64,000 bases of DNA from NCBI GenBank assembly GCA_963773065.1, contig CAVYZN010000021.1, forward strand, positions 9,110-73,109. The letters run 5' to 3'. Position numbers and translations under genes: made by a program. Below the pieces are notes generated by a model. It ran no database searches. It worked only from the letters and a program-made list of their open reading frames with translations, and was not told where the DNA came from. Positions 43,738-53,595 of the stretch are shown in pieces. The stretch is from an uncultured Gammaproteobacteria bacterium (GTDB taxonomy: Bacteria; Pseudomonadota; Gammaproteobacteria; UBA9214). How positions within the stretch are numbered: position 1 is the stretch's first letter; each line of letters opens with the position of its first letter.

Positions 43738-44037
43738 CCCATTAGCATCATCGCGCGATTACGGTTGTGCCTTTCGTTGTGATTACCCGCTTTGCCGCGA
43801 CACGGGCGAGCGCTGCCTCCCGAGCCACCCCGGCAGGCACCACTGCGTTTTCCCTATCGCTGTGCTCTGAACTTTCCACCGTTGCGCTTCACCAAACAGT
43901 GTGACTGGGTTGTGTTCGCAGAGCGCGAACATCCGCTGATCGAATCGCGATCGCAGTCACTGCCCCGGTTGGCAGGACAAGTTTTAATTTATTTAATTTC
44001 AGTTGGTTGAAATTTCTTCAGGCGGAACGGACCGGAT

Positions 44038-44053
44038 TGGCACGGCTTCTGCT
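44038..44053 (+). promoter_or_regulatory. Sigma54 -24/-12 promoter of peptide gene 1
   Basis: TGGCACGGCTTCTGCT (GG-N10-GC); AT-rich IHF-like tract at ~43981-44010. Confidence 0.8.
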
Positions 44054-44131
44054 CTTTACCAGTCATGAGTGCCGAGGCGCTCATGACCCAAACCCACAAC
44101 CTTTGACAACGTTAGACTTAGGAGAACTACC

Positions 44132-44377
44132 ATGATGACGATTAAAGATCTTTCCGTAAGCAAGGAACTCGACCGTAAGGCCATGACCGAAGTGCGTGGC
44201 GGTGGCGATGTCTTCTCGACCAATGCCCAGGGTTCATCCCAGAGCGCAGTCGGTGGCCTGGTGGCAGTCAACGAGAGCACCCAGAACCTGTTCTCTGCCA
44301 ACAGCGCCGTCGACTATACGGATATCCAGAAGACGCTGGTTGCGATCGGCCAGAACAACGGCCTCGGGATATTCTAA
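44132..44377 (+). CDS. Double-glycine leader peptide precursor 1 (81 aa)
   Basis: AGGAG RBS; leader IKDLSVSKELDRKAMTEVRGG; N/Q/S/G-rich core; own terminator. Confidence 0.85.
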   Translation: MMTIKDLSVSKELDRKAMTEVRGGGDVFSTNAQGSSQSAVGGLVAVNESTQNLFSANSAVDYTDIQKTLVAIGQNNGLGIF

Positions 44378-44434
44378 CCGAAGAGAGGCAGCGATCCGCA
44401 GCGATTCGCGGATCCTTACCTCGCAGCACGCCAG

Positions 44435-44464
44435 AGCGGAGGTCTTCGGACCTCCGCTTTTTTT
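44435..44464 (+). terminator. Rho-independent terminator
   Basis: AGCGGAGGTC-TTCG-GACCTCCGCT plus T-tract. Confidence 0.9.
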
Positions 44465-44759
44465 GTTGTCGGTCGCGAACGTCGGGGTCTCAGGACCGGG
44501 ATCAGCAGTAGTCTCGCCGGCGCTGAGTACGACGACTGGCCGGTGGTCTCCTCGGCGCAGGCGCTCGGGTCATCCCCGTCCAAGAGCTTGTCCTCCCGGC
44601 TGTCGCATGAGGACGAACTCCTCCTCCCGCGCTGTTGGCTACGGAACGACTCGAAGACCGGGGACGGCCGCCCATGGCATGGATGCGCGACGGGCAGAAC
44701 AATAAAATAGTATTTTTATTCAGCACCCTGTGTCGCACGACTCTGCACCGCGTGCGACT

Positions 44760-44775
44760 TGGCACGGCGCCTGCA
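44760..44775 (+). promoter_or_regulatory. Sigma54 -24/-12 promoter of peptide gene 2
   Basis: TGGCACGGCGCCTGCA (GG-N10-GC); AT-rich tract at 44699-44722. Confidence 0.8.
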
Positions 44776-44874
44776 CTCATCCCAGCGAGTCCTGACACGC
44801 TCAGCGACCGGGTGCAACCAACCCAACCGTTACCGACACCTGTTCCATTTATCATTGACTAAAGGAGATTCGAT

Positions 44875-45111
44875 ATGACCAATCTGTTGATTAATGACCT
44901 CATAGTGAGCCAAGAGCTGGATCACGGCGCCATGCTGGCCGTGCGCGGCGGCACTGATCTGACCTCGTTCAACGCCCAGGCGCTGGCCGCCGAGGCCAAG
45001 GGGGGGATTGCGGCCATCACCGCCGCGACCCAAACCCTGGTGAGCCTGAATACCTCGCTCAACCTGGAAATTTCCCCGCAGACCAATGTCGTTCTGGGGG
45101 GCGTTGCCTAA
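44875..45111 (+). CDS. Double-glycine leader peptide precursor 2 (78 aa)
   Basis: AAGGAG RBS; leader INDLIVSQELDHGAMLAVRGG; core aligns with precursor 1. Confidence 0.85.
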   Translation: MTNLLINDLIVSQELDHGAMLAVRGGTDLTSFNAQALAAEAKGGIAAITAATQTLVSLNTSLNLEISPQTNVVLGGVA

Positions 45112-45163
45112 GGGATACGTCCACGCGCCGGGTGGACCGGAGCGTCACCGTGCGCTAACCACC

Positions 45164-45193
45164 AGCGGAGGTCTTCGAACCTCCGCTTTTTTT
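45164..45193 (+). terminator. Rho-independent terminator, near-identical to 44435
   Basis: AGCGGAGGTCTTCGAACCTCCGCT plus T-tract. Confidence 0.88.
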
Positions 45194-45447
45194 GGGCATC
45201 CGCAGGGCATGGGGTGGGGGGCCGGTCGGCCGAGCCGGCGGCCAACCGGGGATGAGTTGCTAGTGTTTTCCCGATAGTTGTGCGCTAGCCGTAGCTACCC
45301 CTTGAGTGCTCCTATGCTTTCCGATGATCCAGTCGTAAAGGATATCTTACGGTTATGACCTGCCGGTCGCCGCGCTGATAATCAGATATCAAAAATCGGC
45401 TCGCGTTTATTGCTGCCCCTAAGCTCCGGCGTTATAAACGACAACTC

Positions 45448-46178
45448 TTGGCCGAAACTTGCCGTTCGGACACTGTAGCTGAAAGTAAAACGATAAAAAG
45501 CTGGTTCGACTCGTTTGAACAAGGAAAGCCAGTTTCCCTAAAAAGTATTGTGCAAACTCCTGCACGCATAAATAGCCGGTTGGGTCGTGCTAAAGGAAAA
45601 ATTGATGCGATCTACTCGCACCTTGGGCTCATCAATGTGGACCTAGAGTTGGCGACAAATTTAGGGGGCGCTACGCTTGCTCAGGCGAAGAAAAATTTCA
45701 CTACAGTGCATCGCCGCTTGGTAAATGGACTCTCAGAGTTTGCGGAGAACGAATATGACCTCGTCCTGATTGACTGTCCGCCGAATTTCAATATCGTGAC
45801 GAAGACAGCGATCACTGCCAGCGATTTCTTGCTGGTCCCTGCTAGGCCCGACTACCTCTCGACGTTGGGCATTGAATACCTGATTAGGAACGTGAAGGCA
45901 TTGGTAAAGGACTACAACGATTTTACGGAACTCGGTCAAGGAGAGAAGGTTGATCCCATAAGACCGAAGCTGCTTGGCGTTGTATTCACAATGATTCAGG
46001 AATACGGCGGTGGCCCAATGGCGGCACAGAGAGCTTTTATGGGCCAGCATCAAACTGCGGGCCTTTCCATATTTGACGCCTACATCAAACGAAACGACAC
46101 GTTGTTTGCCGACGCGCCCCAATACGGGGTGCCAGTAGTGCTCAACAGATATGCCTCAGACACTCATCAAAGTGTTGA
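45448..46178 (+). pseudogene. ParA/Soj-family ATPase fragment (no Walker A, C-terminus cut)
   Basis: SHLGLINVDLELA, YDLVLIDCPPNFN, PDYLSTLG; KGGVGKT absent; lower GC. Confidence 0.75.
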
Positions 46179-47657
46179 CCCGATCAATTGCGACAGATGA
46201 GGGAATGGTGCCAGACAAATGGCCATGTCGTGGCCGTGGACTACGTGGAAGCCGGCGCGTCCGCCACCGATGACCGGCGACCCGTATTTCAGCAGATGAT
46301 CGCCGAGGCGACGGGCAAGCCCTCGCCCTTCGAAGCTGTCATCGTGCACAGTCTTTCCCGCTTTTTCCGCGACTCCCTGGAATTTGGCCTCTACGAGCGC
46401 AAGCTCAACAAGTCCGGGGGCAAGCTCATCTCCATCACCCAGCAGACCAGCGATGATTCGGCCGGGGAGATGGCGCGCAAAATCTTCAGCGTGTTCGATG
46501 AATACCAGAGTAAGGAAAACGGTAAGCACACCCTGCGGGCCATGAAGGAAAACGCACGGCGGGGCTTCTTCAACGGCTCACGTCCTCCCTTTGGTTATCG
46601 CGTTCAGGAAACCGAGGCCCTGGGCAATCGTGGCAAGCGCAAGAAACACCTGGCGATTGACGCGGGCGAGGCGGCGACCGTGCAGCGGGTCTTCGATCTC
46701 TATCTCAACAGTTACCTGGGCGCGAAAGCCATCACGAGCAAACTAAATGACCAAGGCACTACCTACCGGGGCACCAAATGGACCCGCACCAAGGTGCATG
46801 AGGTGCTTTCCAACCGTGCCTACATTGGCGAGTTACCCTTCAATCGCAGGGACCACAAGACCGGCAAGGTGAAGCCGGAGTCCGAGTGGATCACAATCGC
46901 GGTGCCGCCTATCGTGGATGCGGCTGTGTTTGACGCGGTATCGGCGCGCAAACACAGCTGCGCCCCAGCGGTTATCCCGCCTCGTGTCGTGGGCTCACCG
47001 ACCCTGTTGACCGGCCTGCTTAAATGCGGTCACTGTGGGTCAGGCATGACGCTCGCCACCGGCAAGGGCTGACGCTATCGCTACTACAAGTGCAATACCC
47101 GAATAGGCAAAGGGAATCATCTGTGCGACTGTCCGACCGTCCCCATGGAGAAGCTCGACCAACTGGTTCTTGACGCCTTAGCCGAGAAAGTCTTCACGCC
47201 GGAACGGCTGCGCGTGCTGCTTCGAGAACTCAAGGCAAGGGTCAAGGCAGCGCAGAACGAAAATGCCGGTCAGCTCGGTGCCCTGAAAAAAGAGCTTGAA
47301 GCACTACAGACAACCACAGAGCGGCTTTATGATGCGGTGGAGAAGGGCATCCTTCCCCTGAATGCCTCACTGCAAGATCGCGCCCACAAATTACAGGCAA
47401 GGCGACAGGACATTCTGACGGAGATGGCGGGCTACAAACGTCAGCAAGCCATGCCCTTGAGCAACCTGACACCCAAACAGGTGAGCGCCTTCAGTGCCGC
47501 CATGCGTTCCAGGCTGCACGACCGGGGAAGCAACTTCGGGAAAGAGTACCTGCGCCTGTTCGTCAACCGGATCAAGCTGACTGGCCATCAGGTTGAAATC
47601 AATGGCAGCTATGGCCCATTGGCGCAGGGGATAGCCCAAATGAAACGGGCGCCCTAG
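46179..47657 (+). pseudogene. Large serine recombinase, N-terminally truncated, with in-frame TGA at 47070
   Basis: PDQLRQ, GASATDDRRP, HSLSRFFR, PPFGY, CGHC...YYKC zinc ribbon, coiled coil; catalytic YxRVS motif missing. Confidence 0.85.
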
Positions 47658-47683
47658 GGAGAGTGCCCGTTTTTGTACCGGAT

Positions 47684-47759
47684 TGGCTCCCCGGGACGGG
47701 CTCGAACCGCCGACCTAGTGATTAACAGTCACCCGCTCTACCGACTGAGCTACCGGGGA
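47684..47759 (-). tRNA. tRNA-Asn (GTT)
   Basis: TCCCCGGTAGCTCAGTCGGTAGAGCGGGTGACTGTTAATCACTAGGTCGGCGGTTCGAGCCCGTCCCGGGGAGCCA. Confidence 0.97.
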
Positions 47760-47773
47760 ATAACAGACCGGAA

Positions 47774-47803
47774 ATCATACTGGATGAGGAGGTTTTCGGT
47801 CAA
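47774..47803 (-). promoter_or_regulatory. Sigma70 promoter for tRNA-Asn
   Basis: TTGACC-18 nt-TATGAT on the minus strand. Confidence 0.7.
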
Positions 47804-47830
47804 TGTGAAGCTTGCCGGCGTTATCAACCC

Positions 47831-48400
47831 TCAGGGACATTTAATCGGACTGCCATCACAGCGGGTGAGCATCGTGCGGGGTCTGCCGGTATTTGACAGA
47901 CAGATCACCCGCGGTTTGGCGAGTCCCCGTCTGTCGCAGAAGGTAAACGAGCTGTTTGTCCCGCCGCTGCTGCCATCCGCCTGGTAAACGATCCGCTTGC
48001 GCTGGTTGCCGGAGCGCATATTGATAAATTCGGCCAGGGGAGGATCCGCCAGGATCAGGGGTTCATCCGCCGCCCGCTCACGGTTCTCGCTGGCAAACAA
48101 CAGCCAGCCGTTTTCCCAGTCCGCGTCGTCCGCACAGACCCCGTGATCCGTTTGTGGGCAGAGTACGAGCCGGCGTCCCTGCTTGACCGCTTCACTGCGT
48201 GCCAGTTGCAACACACCCAGAAACCGGTTGACCTCACCGGCCATCCGGTTGGACTGGATGAACTGAGGCAGGCAATTCAGTGCCGTGAGAGTCATGATCG
48301 AGGTCACCGCGAGGGTGACGAGAAGTTCGGGAAGTGTCAATCCCATGCTGCGTACAGGGAGGTATGCGGTGTTTTTTATACCTGCACAAGACTGCGTCAT
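47831..48400 (-). CDS. FimT/GspH-family minor pilin
   Basis: Prepilin GLTLPELLVTL, LARSEAVK, Cys pair, W..GW, TGRPR; GGAGG RBS. Confidence 0.85.
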   Translation of the reverse strand: MTQSCAGIKNTAYLPVRSMGLTLPELLVTLAVTSIMTLTALNCLPQFIQSNRMAGEVNRFLGVLQLARSEAVKQGRRLVLCPQTDHGVCADDADWENGWLLFASENRERAADEPLILADPPLAEFINMRSGNQRKRIVYQADGSSGGTNSSFTFCDRRGLAKPRVICLSNTGRPRTMLTRCDGSPIKCP

Positions 48401-48564
48401 TCTGACATCCTCCATCCCTGGAAAATATCCCATCAATTGGTGAATGAATTTTCATACACCATCCATGGTGCCGCGCAGGAACCCGTGGCGCTCTGCGCGA
48501 TTATAAGCGGGCGGGCTGGGTACGATGTCAGGCGGGATCGGTAAATCCTGTAGGAAACTGCCGA

Positions 48565-49756
48565 TCAGGTGGACAATGCTTTGGTTAACCGGTTCAATGC
48601 CGCTTTCAAGGTATCCAGGTCTGTGGCGAAGGAAAGTCGCAGATAACCCGGCGCACCAAAGGCGGTACCGGGAACCAGGGCAACGCCCGCCTTGTCCAGC
48701 AGGTATTCCGCGAGTTCAACGTCATCAGCTATCCCGTCAAGTTTGTCAATGATCGCCTGGAAATATGGGAAACAGTAGAAGGTGCCATCCGCGGGCAGGC
48801 AGACAACGCCGGGTATCCTGTTTAGTGCCTCCACCACGAAATCATGGCGCTGCTTGAAAGCCTTCACCATGGGTTGAACGCAGGACTGGTCGCCATCCAG
48901 CGCGGCCTGTGCGGCCACCTGCGAAATCGAGGTCGGGTTCGAAGTGCTTTGTGACTGAACCTTCTTCATGGCCTTGATCAGTTCGGCCGGGCCACCGGCA
49001 TAGCCGATGCGCCAGCCGGTCATGGCATAGACCTTCGATACCCCGTTCAACACGATCGTGCGCCCGTAGAGTTCCGGGCAGGGGTTGAGGATATTGCAGA
49101 ACGGCTCCTTGCTCCACAGGATGTGTTCATACATGTCATCGGTGGCGATCAGCAGCTGCGGGTGGTGTTTCAGTACGGCACCCAGCGCCTTGAGTTCCGT
49201 CCGTGTGTAGGCAACGCCGGTCGGGTTGGACGGGCTGTTGATGACAAACAGGCGGGTCTTTGGGGTAATGGCCGCATCCAGTTGCTCCGGTAGGATCTTG
49301 AAACCGGCTTCAACACCCGCGCGGATGATAACCGGTTCCCCGTCAGCCAGGCGGACCATGTCCGGGTAGGATACCCAGTAGGGCGCCGGGATGATGACCT
49401 CATCGCCGGGAGTTGAGCAGCGCCTGAACCAGGTTGAAGAAACTCTGTTTACAGCCACAGGAGACGAGGATTTGCTCTGGCCGGTATTCCAAGCCGTTAT
49501 CGCGCCTGAATTTCGCTATAATCGCCCGCTTGAGATCAGCGGTTCCATCAACGGCCGTATAACGTGTGAATCCGGCATGGATAGCCTCGATGGCCGCGGC
49601 CCTGATGTGTTCGGGTGTATCGAAATCCGGTTCACCGGCCCCGAGCCCGATGATGTCCTTGCCAGCCGCCCGCAGCTCGGCAACGCGTGCCGTCACGGCA
49701 AGGGTAGGGGAGGGTTTGATGCGTTGTACCCGGTTTGCAAGCCTGATCTTGTCCAA
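48565..49756 (-). CDS. aspC: Class I PLP-dependent (aspartate) aminotransferase; frameshift near 49410
   Basis: RIKPSPTL, GAGEPDFDTP, NSPSNPTG, DDMYEH, SKVYAMTGWRIGY. Confidence 0.88.
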
Positions 49757-49828
49757 AATTGCTATCCTGTCTTCTGAGGGTGCGCGAGCGCCAATCATAC
49801 TTAAACTCAACTGATCCGATAATAGTCC

Positions 49829-51841
49829 ATGGCCGGGGAATTCCAACTGACATCCGCGATGCAGCCCTCCGGCGACCAGCCCCAGGCCATTGCGGCGCTG
49901 GTCGAGGGTTTGAATGACGGCCTGGCGCACCAGACTCTGCTCGGTGTGACCGGTTCGGGCAAGACCTTTACCATCGCCAACGTCATTCAGGCGGTACAGA
50001 GACCGGCCATCATACTCGCGCCCAACAAGACGCTGGCCGCCCAGTTGTACGGGGAAATGCGCGTGCTGTTTCCGCACAATGCCGTTGAATACTTCGTCTC
50101 CTACTACGACTACTACCAGCCCGAGGCCTACGTGCCGGCCTCGGATACCTACATCGAGAAGGACGCCTCGATCAACGAACATATCGAGCAGATGCGCCTC
50201 TCGGCGACCAAGGCGCTGCTGGAGCGGTCCGATACGATCATCGTCGCCACCGTGTCTTCCATCTATGGACTCGGTGACCCGCGCTCCTATCTGAGCATGG
50301 TGCTGCACCTGGTGCGCGGGGAGATGGCGGACCAGCGTGCCATACTGCGGCGTCTGGCTGAGTTGCAGTACACGCGCAACGACGTCGAACTGCACCGCGC
50401 CACCTACCGGGTGCGGGGAGAGATTATCGATATCTTTCCGGCGGAGTCCGACGGCGAGGCCATACGCGTGGAACTCTTCGACGACCAGATCGATTCCCTC
50501 GCCTGGTTCGATCCACTGACCGGCGCGCTGCTGCGGCAGGCGCCACGGCTGACGATCTATCCCAAAACCCACTACGCCACTCCGCGCCAGGTGGTCCTTA
50601 ACGCCATCGACCAGATCAAGGTGGATCTGAAACAGCGCCTTGAAGAACTGCGCCAATCCAACAAGCTGGTGGAAGCGCAGCGGCTGGAGCAGCGCACCCT
50701 GTTCGATCTCGAAATGATGTCGGAACTGGGCTACTGCACGGGGATCGAGAACTACTCACGCTATCTGTCGGGTCGCCAGGCTGGCGAGCCGCCCCCAACG
50801 CTGTTTGATTACCTCCCTGCCAATGCGCTGCTGGTCATCGATGAGTCCCACGTCACCATCCCCCAACTGGGCGGGATGTACCGGGGTGACCGCTCGCGCA
50901 AGGAAAACCTGGTGGAATATGGGTTTCGTCTGCCCTCGGCGCTCGATAACCGGCCGCTGCGCTTTGATGAATTCGAACGCCTGGCGCCGCAGACCCTGTT
51001 CACCTCGGCCACGCCCGGGCACTACGAGGAAGAACACGCGGATGCCGTGGTGGAACTGCTGGTGCGCCCGACCGGCCTGGTGGACCCGGAACTCGAGGTG
51101 CGTCCGGCCGCGGCCCAGGTCGATGACCTGCTGTCGGAGATACGACTGCGGGTAGCGGAGGGTGACCGCGTACTGGTAACGACACTGACGAAACGCATGT
51201 CCGAGGATCTCACCGAATACCTGGCCGAACACGGCGTACGGGTGCGTTATCTGCACTCCGACATCGATACGGTGGAACGGATGGAGATCATTCGCGACCT
51301 GCGCTTGGGGAAATTTGATGTGCTGGTCGGCATCAACCTGTTGCGCGAAGGGTTGGATATCCCGGAGGTCTCGCTGGTCGCTATCCTGGATGCCGACAAG
51401 GAGGGATTCCTGCGTTCCGAGCGGTCACTGATACAGACCATCGGGCGCGCGGCCCGCAACCTGCATGGCAAGGCCATCCTCTATGCAGACCAGATCACCG
51501 GATCGATGCACCGCGCCATCGACGAAACCGAACGCCGGCGCGAGAAGCAGCAAGCCTATAACCGTGCTCACGGGATCACGCCACGGGGCATCGAAAAGGC
51601 GGTTACCGACGTGATGGAAGGTGCCATCGGCAAGGAACACGCCAGCGCGCGGGAATATGCCCAGGTGGCCGAGGAGGTCGCCCGTTACGGCCGACTCAAC
51701 CCGGAGCAACTGGCCAGGGAGGTTGGCAGGCTGGAACGGCAGATGTACGAGCACGCCCGCAACCTTGAATTCGAAGAGGCAGCGCGGCTGCGTGATGAAA
51801 TCCGTCGCATGGAGGAGCGAAATCTTGGCCTGACCGCCTAA
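49829..51841 (+). CDS. uvrB: Excinuclease ABC subunit B
   Basis: [29 protein letters not shown]-terminal UVR domain. Confidence 0.98.
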   Translation: MAGEFQLTSAMQPSGDQPQAIAALVEGLNDGLAHQTLLGVTGSGKTFTIANVIQAVQRPAIILAPNKTLAAQLYGEMRVLFPHNAVEYFVSYYDYYQPEAYVPASDTYIEKDASINEHIEQMRLSATKALLERSDTIIVATVSSIYGLGDPRSYLSMVLHLVRGEMADQRAILRRLAELQYTRNDVELHRATYRVRGEIIDIFPAESDGEAIRVELFDDQIDSLAWFDPLTGALLRQAPRLTIYPKTHYATPRQVVLNAIDQIKVDLKQRLEELRQSNKLVEAQRLEQRTLFDLEMMSELGYCTGIENYSRYLSGRQAGEPPPTLFDYLPANALLVIDESHVTIPQLGGMYRGDRSRKENLVEYGFRLPSALDNRPLRFDEFERLAPQTLFTSATPGHYEEEHADAVVELLVRPTGLVDPELEVRPAAAQVDDLLSEIRLRVAEGDRVLVTTLTKRMSEDLTEYLAEHGVRVRYLHSDIDTVERMEIIRDLRLGKFDVLVGINLLREGLDIPEVSLVAILDADKEGFLRSERSLIQTIGRAARNLHGKAILYADQITGSMHRAIDETERRREKQQAYNRAHGITPRGIEKAVTDVMEGAIGKEHASAREYAQVAEEVARYGRLNPEQLAREVGRLERQMYEHARNLEFEEAARLRDEIRRMEERNLGLTA

Positions 51842-51991
51842 TGCCTACACGGACGTAGGGATGCCGCGTGAGGCACGGATGCCGGGAGCGGCGCATCGAC
51901 TCGGATGAAAAATACATCGCGACGCCGAGGAGGCAGAGAGCGATGCGCTGGTGAAATGCAGCGACTCCGGGCCGGTGGCGCCTCCTCGACC

Positions 51992-52020
51992 TTGCAAGAT
52001 CTGGCCTCTCGCGGTATTGT
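51992..52020 (+). promoter_or_regulatory. Sigma70 promoter for tRNA-Val
   Basis: TTGCAA-17 nt-TATTGT followed by a GC-rich discriminator. Confidence 0.72.
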
Positions 52021-52032
52021 TCACGGCCTTGC

Positions 52033-52109
52033 AGGCGCGTAGCTCAGATGGTTAGAGCACCACCTTGACATGGTGGGGGTCGTTGGTTCGAGTCCAATCG
52101 CGCCTACCA
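52033..52109 (+). tRNA. tRNA-Val (GAC)
   Basis: AGGCGCGTAGCTCAGATGGTTAGAGCACCACCTTGACATGGTGGGGGTCGTTGGTTCGAGTCCAATCGCGCCTACCA. Confidence 0.97.
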
Positions 52110-52284
52110 TTAATAAACAAGCACTTATGGTAATTCCTAAGTGCTTTTTTTACGTCTGTAGTAGGTTCAGGTGAAGGCTCAGGTGAAAAGTTCATTGTTA
52201 TGTATCAGGATATGTGCAGTTTGTTGTTTTATATGAGATATTCGTAATTGCATCAAGATTTCCTGCGCTATACTGCTAGTATGG

Positions 52285-52302
52285 TATACCTAATTAGGTA
52301 TA
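52285..52302. promoter_or_regulatory. Perfect 18-bp palindromic operator upstream of the toxin-like gene
   Basis: TATACCTAATTAGGTATA ending 1 nt before ATG 52304. Confidence 0.75.
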
Positions 52303-52303
52303 A

Positions 52304-52714
52304 ATGAGATATTCTCTCTGTATACACGACGATGCTAAAGAGGACTTGGAGAATCTTTGGCTCAAAGACGCAACTACTGCGGCTTTAATTTCTGTATTCC
52401 TGGAGCAATTGGAAGAAGACCAGACATTGCTAGATGCGTTAACCATCCAGGATTATGGTCGTCGAACTGGAGAAAACTTCAATGTAAGCAAATGGTATGA
52501 ATACTGGCGAAAGGGCTATGGATTATGGAGATTAAAAATCCTGGAGCTTGAAGCTAGGGGAGTTTATTACAGGATCATATATGCCTTTGAGCCACTCATA
52601 TCGCGTTATCACGTATTAGGAATTATTGATCGAGATTTTAACTATGACTCAAATGATCATAGGACAAAACGAATCCTTGCTGCGTACGATAGCCTCTGTA
52701 TCCAGAAATATTGA
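52304..52714 (+). CDS. RelE/ParE/HigB-like toxin (putative)
   Basis: IHDDAKEDLENL N-terminal helix, LWRLK, YRIIYAF, VLGIIDRDFNY; precedes an HTH gene. Confidence 0.65.
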   Translation: MRYSLCIHDDAKEDLENLWLKDATTAALISVFLEQLEEDQTLLDALTIQDYGRRTGENFNVSKWYEYWRKGYGLWRLKILELEARGVYYRIIYAFEPLISRYHVLGIIDRDFNYDSNDHRTKRILAAYDSLCIQKY

Positions 52715-52791
52715 GGTTAAGCAGCATACTACAGTTGAGCCGGCCTCTCTAAAGAAACGTCATATTTAAGGATTTCAGTGTTACTGAAGGA

Positions 52792-53118
52792 GTGCCGTTG
52801 TCTCCAAGTTACACTAGCATTGGTAAGTATATTGAAACGCAAGAAAAGGATAATGCGCGACGGATAGCACTAGAAAATGCCCGGAGAGAAATAGCGGAAA
52901 GATTTTATTCAAAGACTCCTGCCTCCATCGCAACTCTGCGTTTAAAGAAAGGCTGGTCCCAGAAAAGGCTTGCAGATGAGATTGGCACAAGTCAACCACA
53001 CATTGCCAGAATCGAAGCTGGTCGTGAAGATATTAGACTTAGCACGATTAAAAAGCTTGCGGTCGCTTTCGATATTCCAGCAAGCGAGTTCATTACCATT
53101 TTTGAAAACCAATCATAA
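52792..53118 (+). CDS. XRE/HigA-like HTH antitoxin (true start may be ~52644 with an indel)
   Basis: LRLKKGWSQKRLADEIGTSQPHIARIEAG...LSTIKKLA. Confidence 0.85.
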   Translation: MPLSPSYTSIGKYIETQEKDNARRIALENARREIAERFYSKTPASIATLRLKKGWSQKRLADEIGTSQPHIARIEAGREDIRLSTIKKLAVAFDIPASEFITIFENQS

Positions 53119-53124
53119 ATTACT

Positions 53125-53595
53125 ATGTCAATAACACGTACAGTTCATTGCATATATTGCGATGACGTTAGAGAAGAAATAACTAACAAATTGTCACTAA
53201 TCGGTGTTTACCAAAGTGTAATGTTTGTTCGAGAATTCCCAATTCTTTTAAGTAAACTATGTATAGTCGTGAATATACATACTCCGGTTAGTCAGCCATT
53301 TGAGGATCTCAAAGTTAGAGTGTTATTAAACGATGATGTAATCGCAGAGATTGACTTAGATCAGGCATTACTTCAATCACAAGTAAATTTGCAAAATGAG
53401 AATCAAGATGATGACAATACGTTCATTAGTTTCAACACTGTATTTAGGTTAATGCCTCTTGTTATTCCTGAGCCATCATTTATAAGGGTTCGGGCGATTA
53501 CAGAAAACAAAGAGATAAAAGGTACTGCGTTAAAGGTCATGCAATTACCCAAGCCACCTGAGCAGGTAAATAGCAATAAACATACAGACGTGTAG
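53125..53595 (+). CDS. Hypothetical beta-rich protein (DUF6941-like from memory)
   Basis: CDDVREEITNKLSLIGVY...FP..L.KLC motif; 6 bp after the HTH gene. Confidence 0.65.
   Translation: MSITRTVHCIYCDDVREEITNKLSLIGVYQSVMFVREFPILLSKLCIVVNIHTPVSQPFEDLKVRVLLNDDVIAEIDLDQALLQSQVNLQNENQDDDNTFISFNTVFRLMPLVIPEPSFIRVRAITENKEIKGTALKVMQLPKPPEQVNSNKHTDV

Larger units (their letters stand above)
39612..47703. mobile_element. Degenerate genomic island integrated at the tRNA-Asn 3' end
   Basis: CCCGGGACGGGCTC at 39612-39625 repeats tRNA sequence 47690-47703; recombinase next to tRNA; IS, MITE and gene fragments inside. Confidence 0.7.

Noticed and set aside
47070-47072. Selenocysteine or readthrough TGA in the recombinase
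   Set aside because: Position corresponds to Gly in GKGGRY, not Cys, and the gene also lacks its catalytic N-terminus
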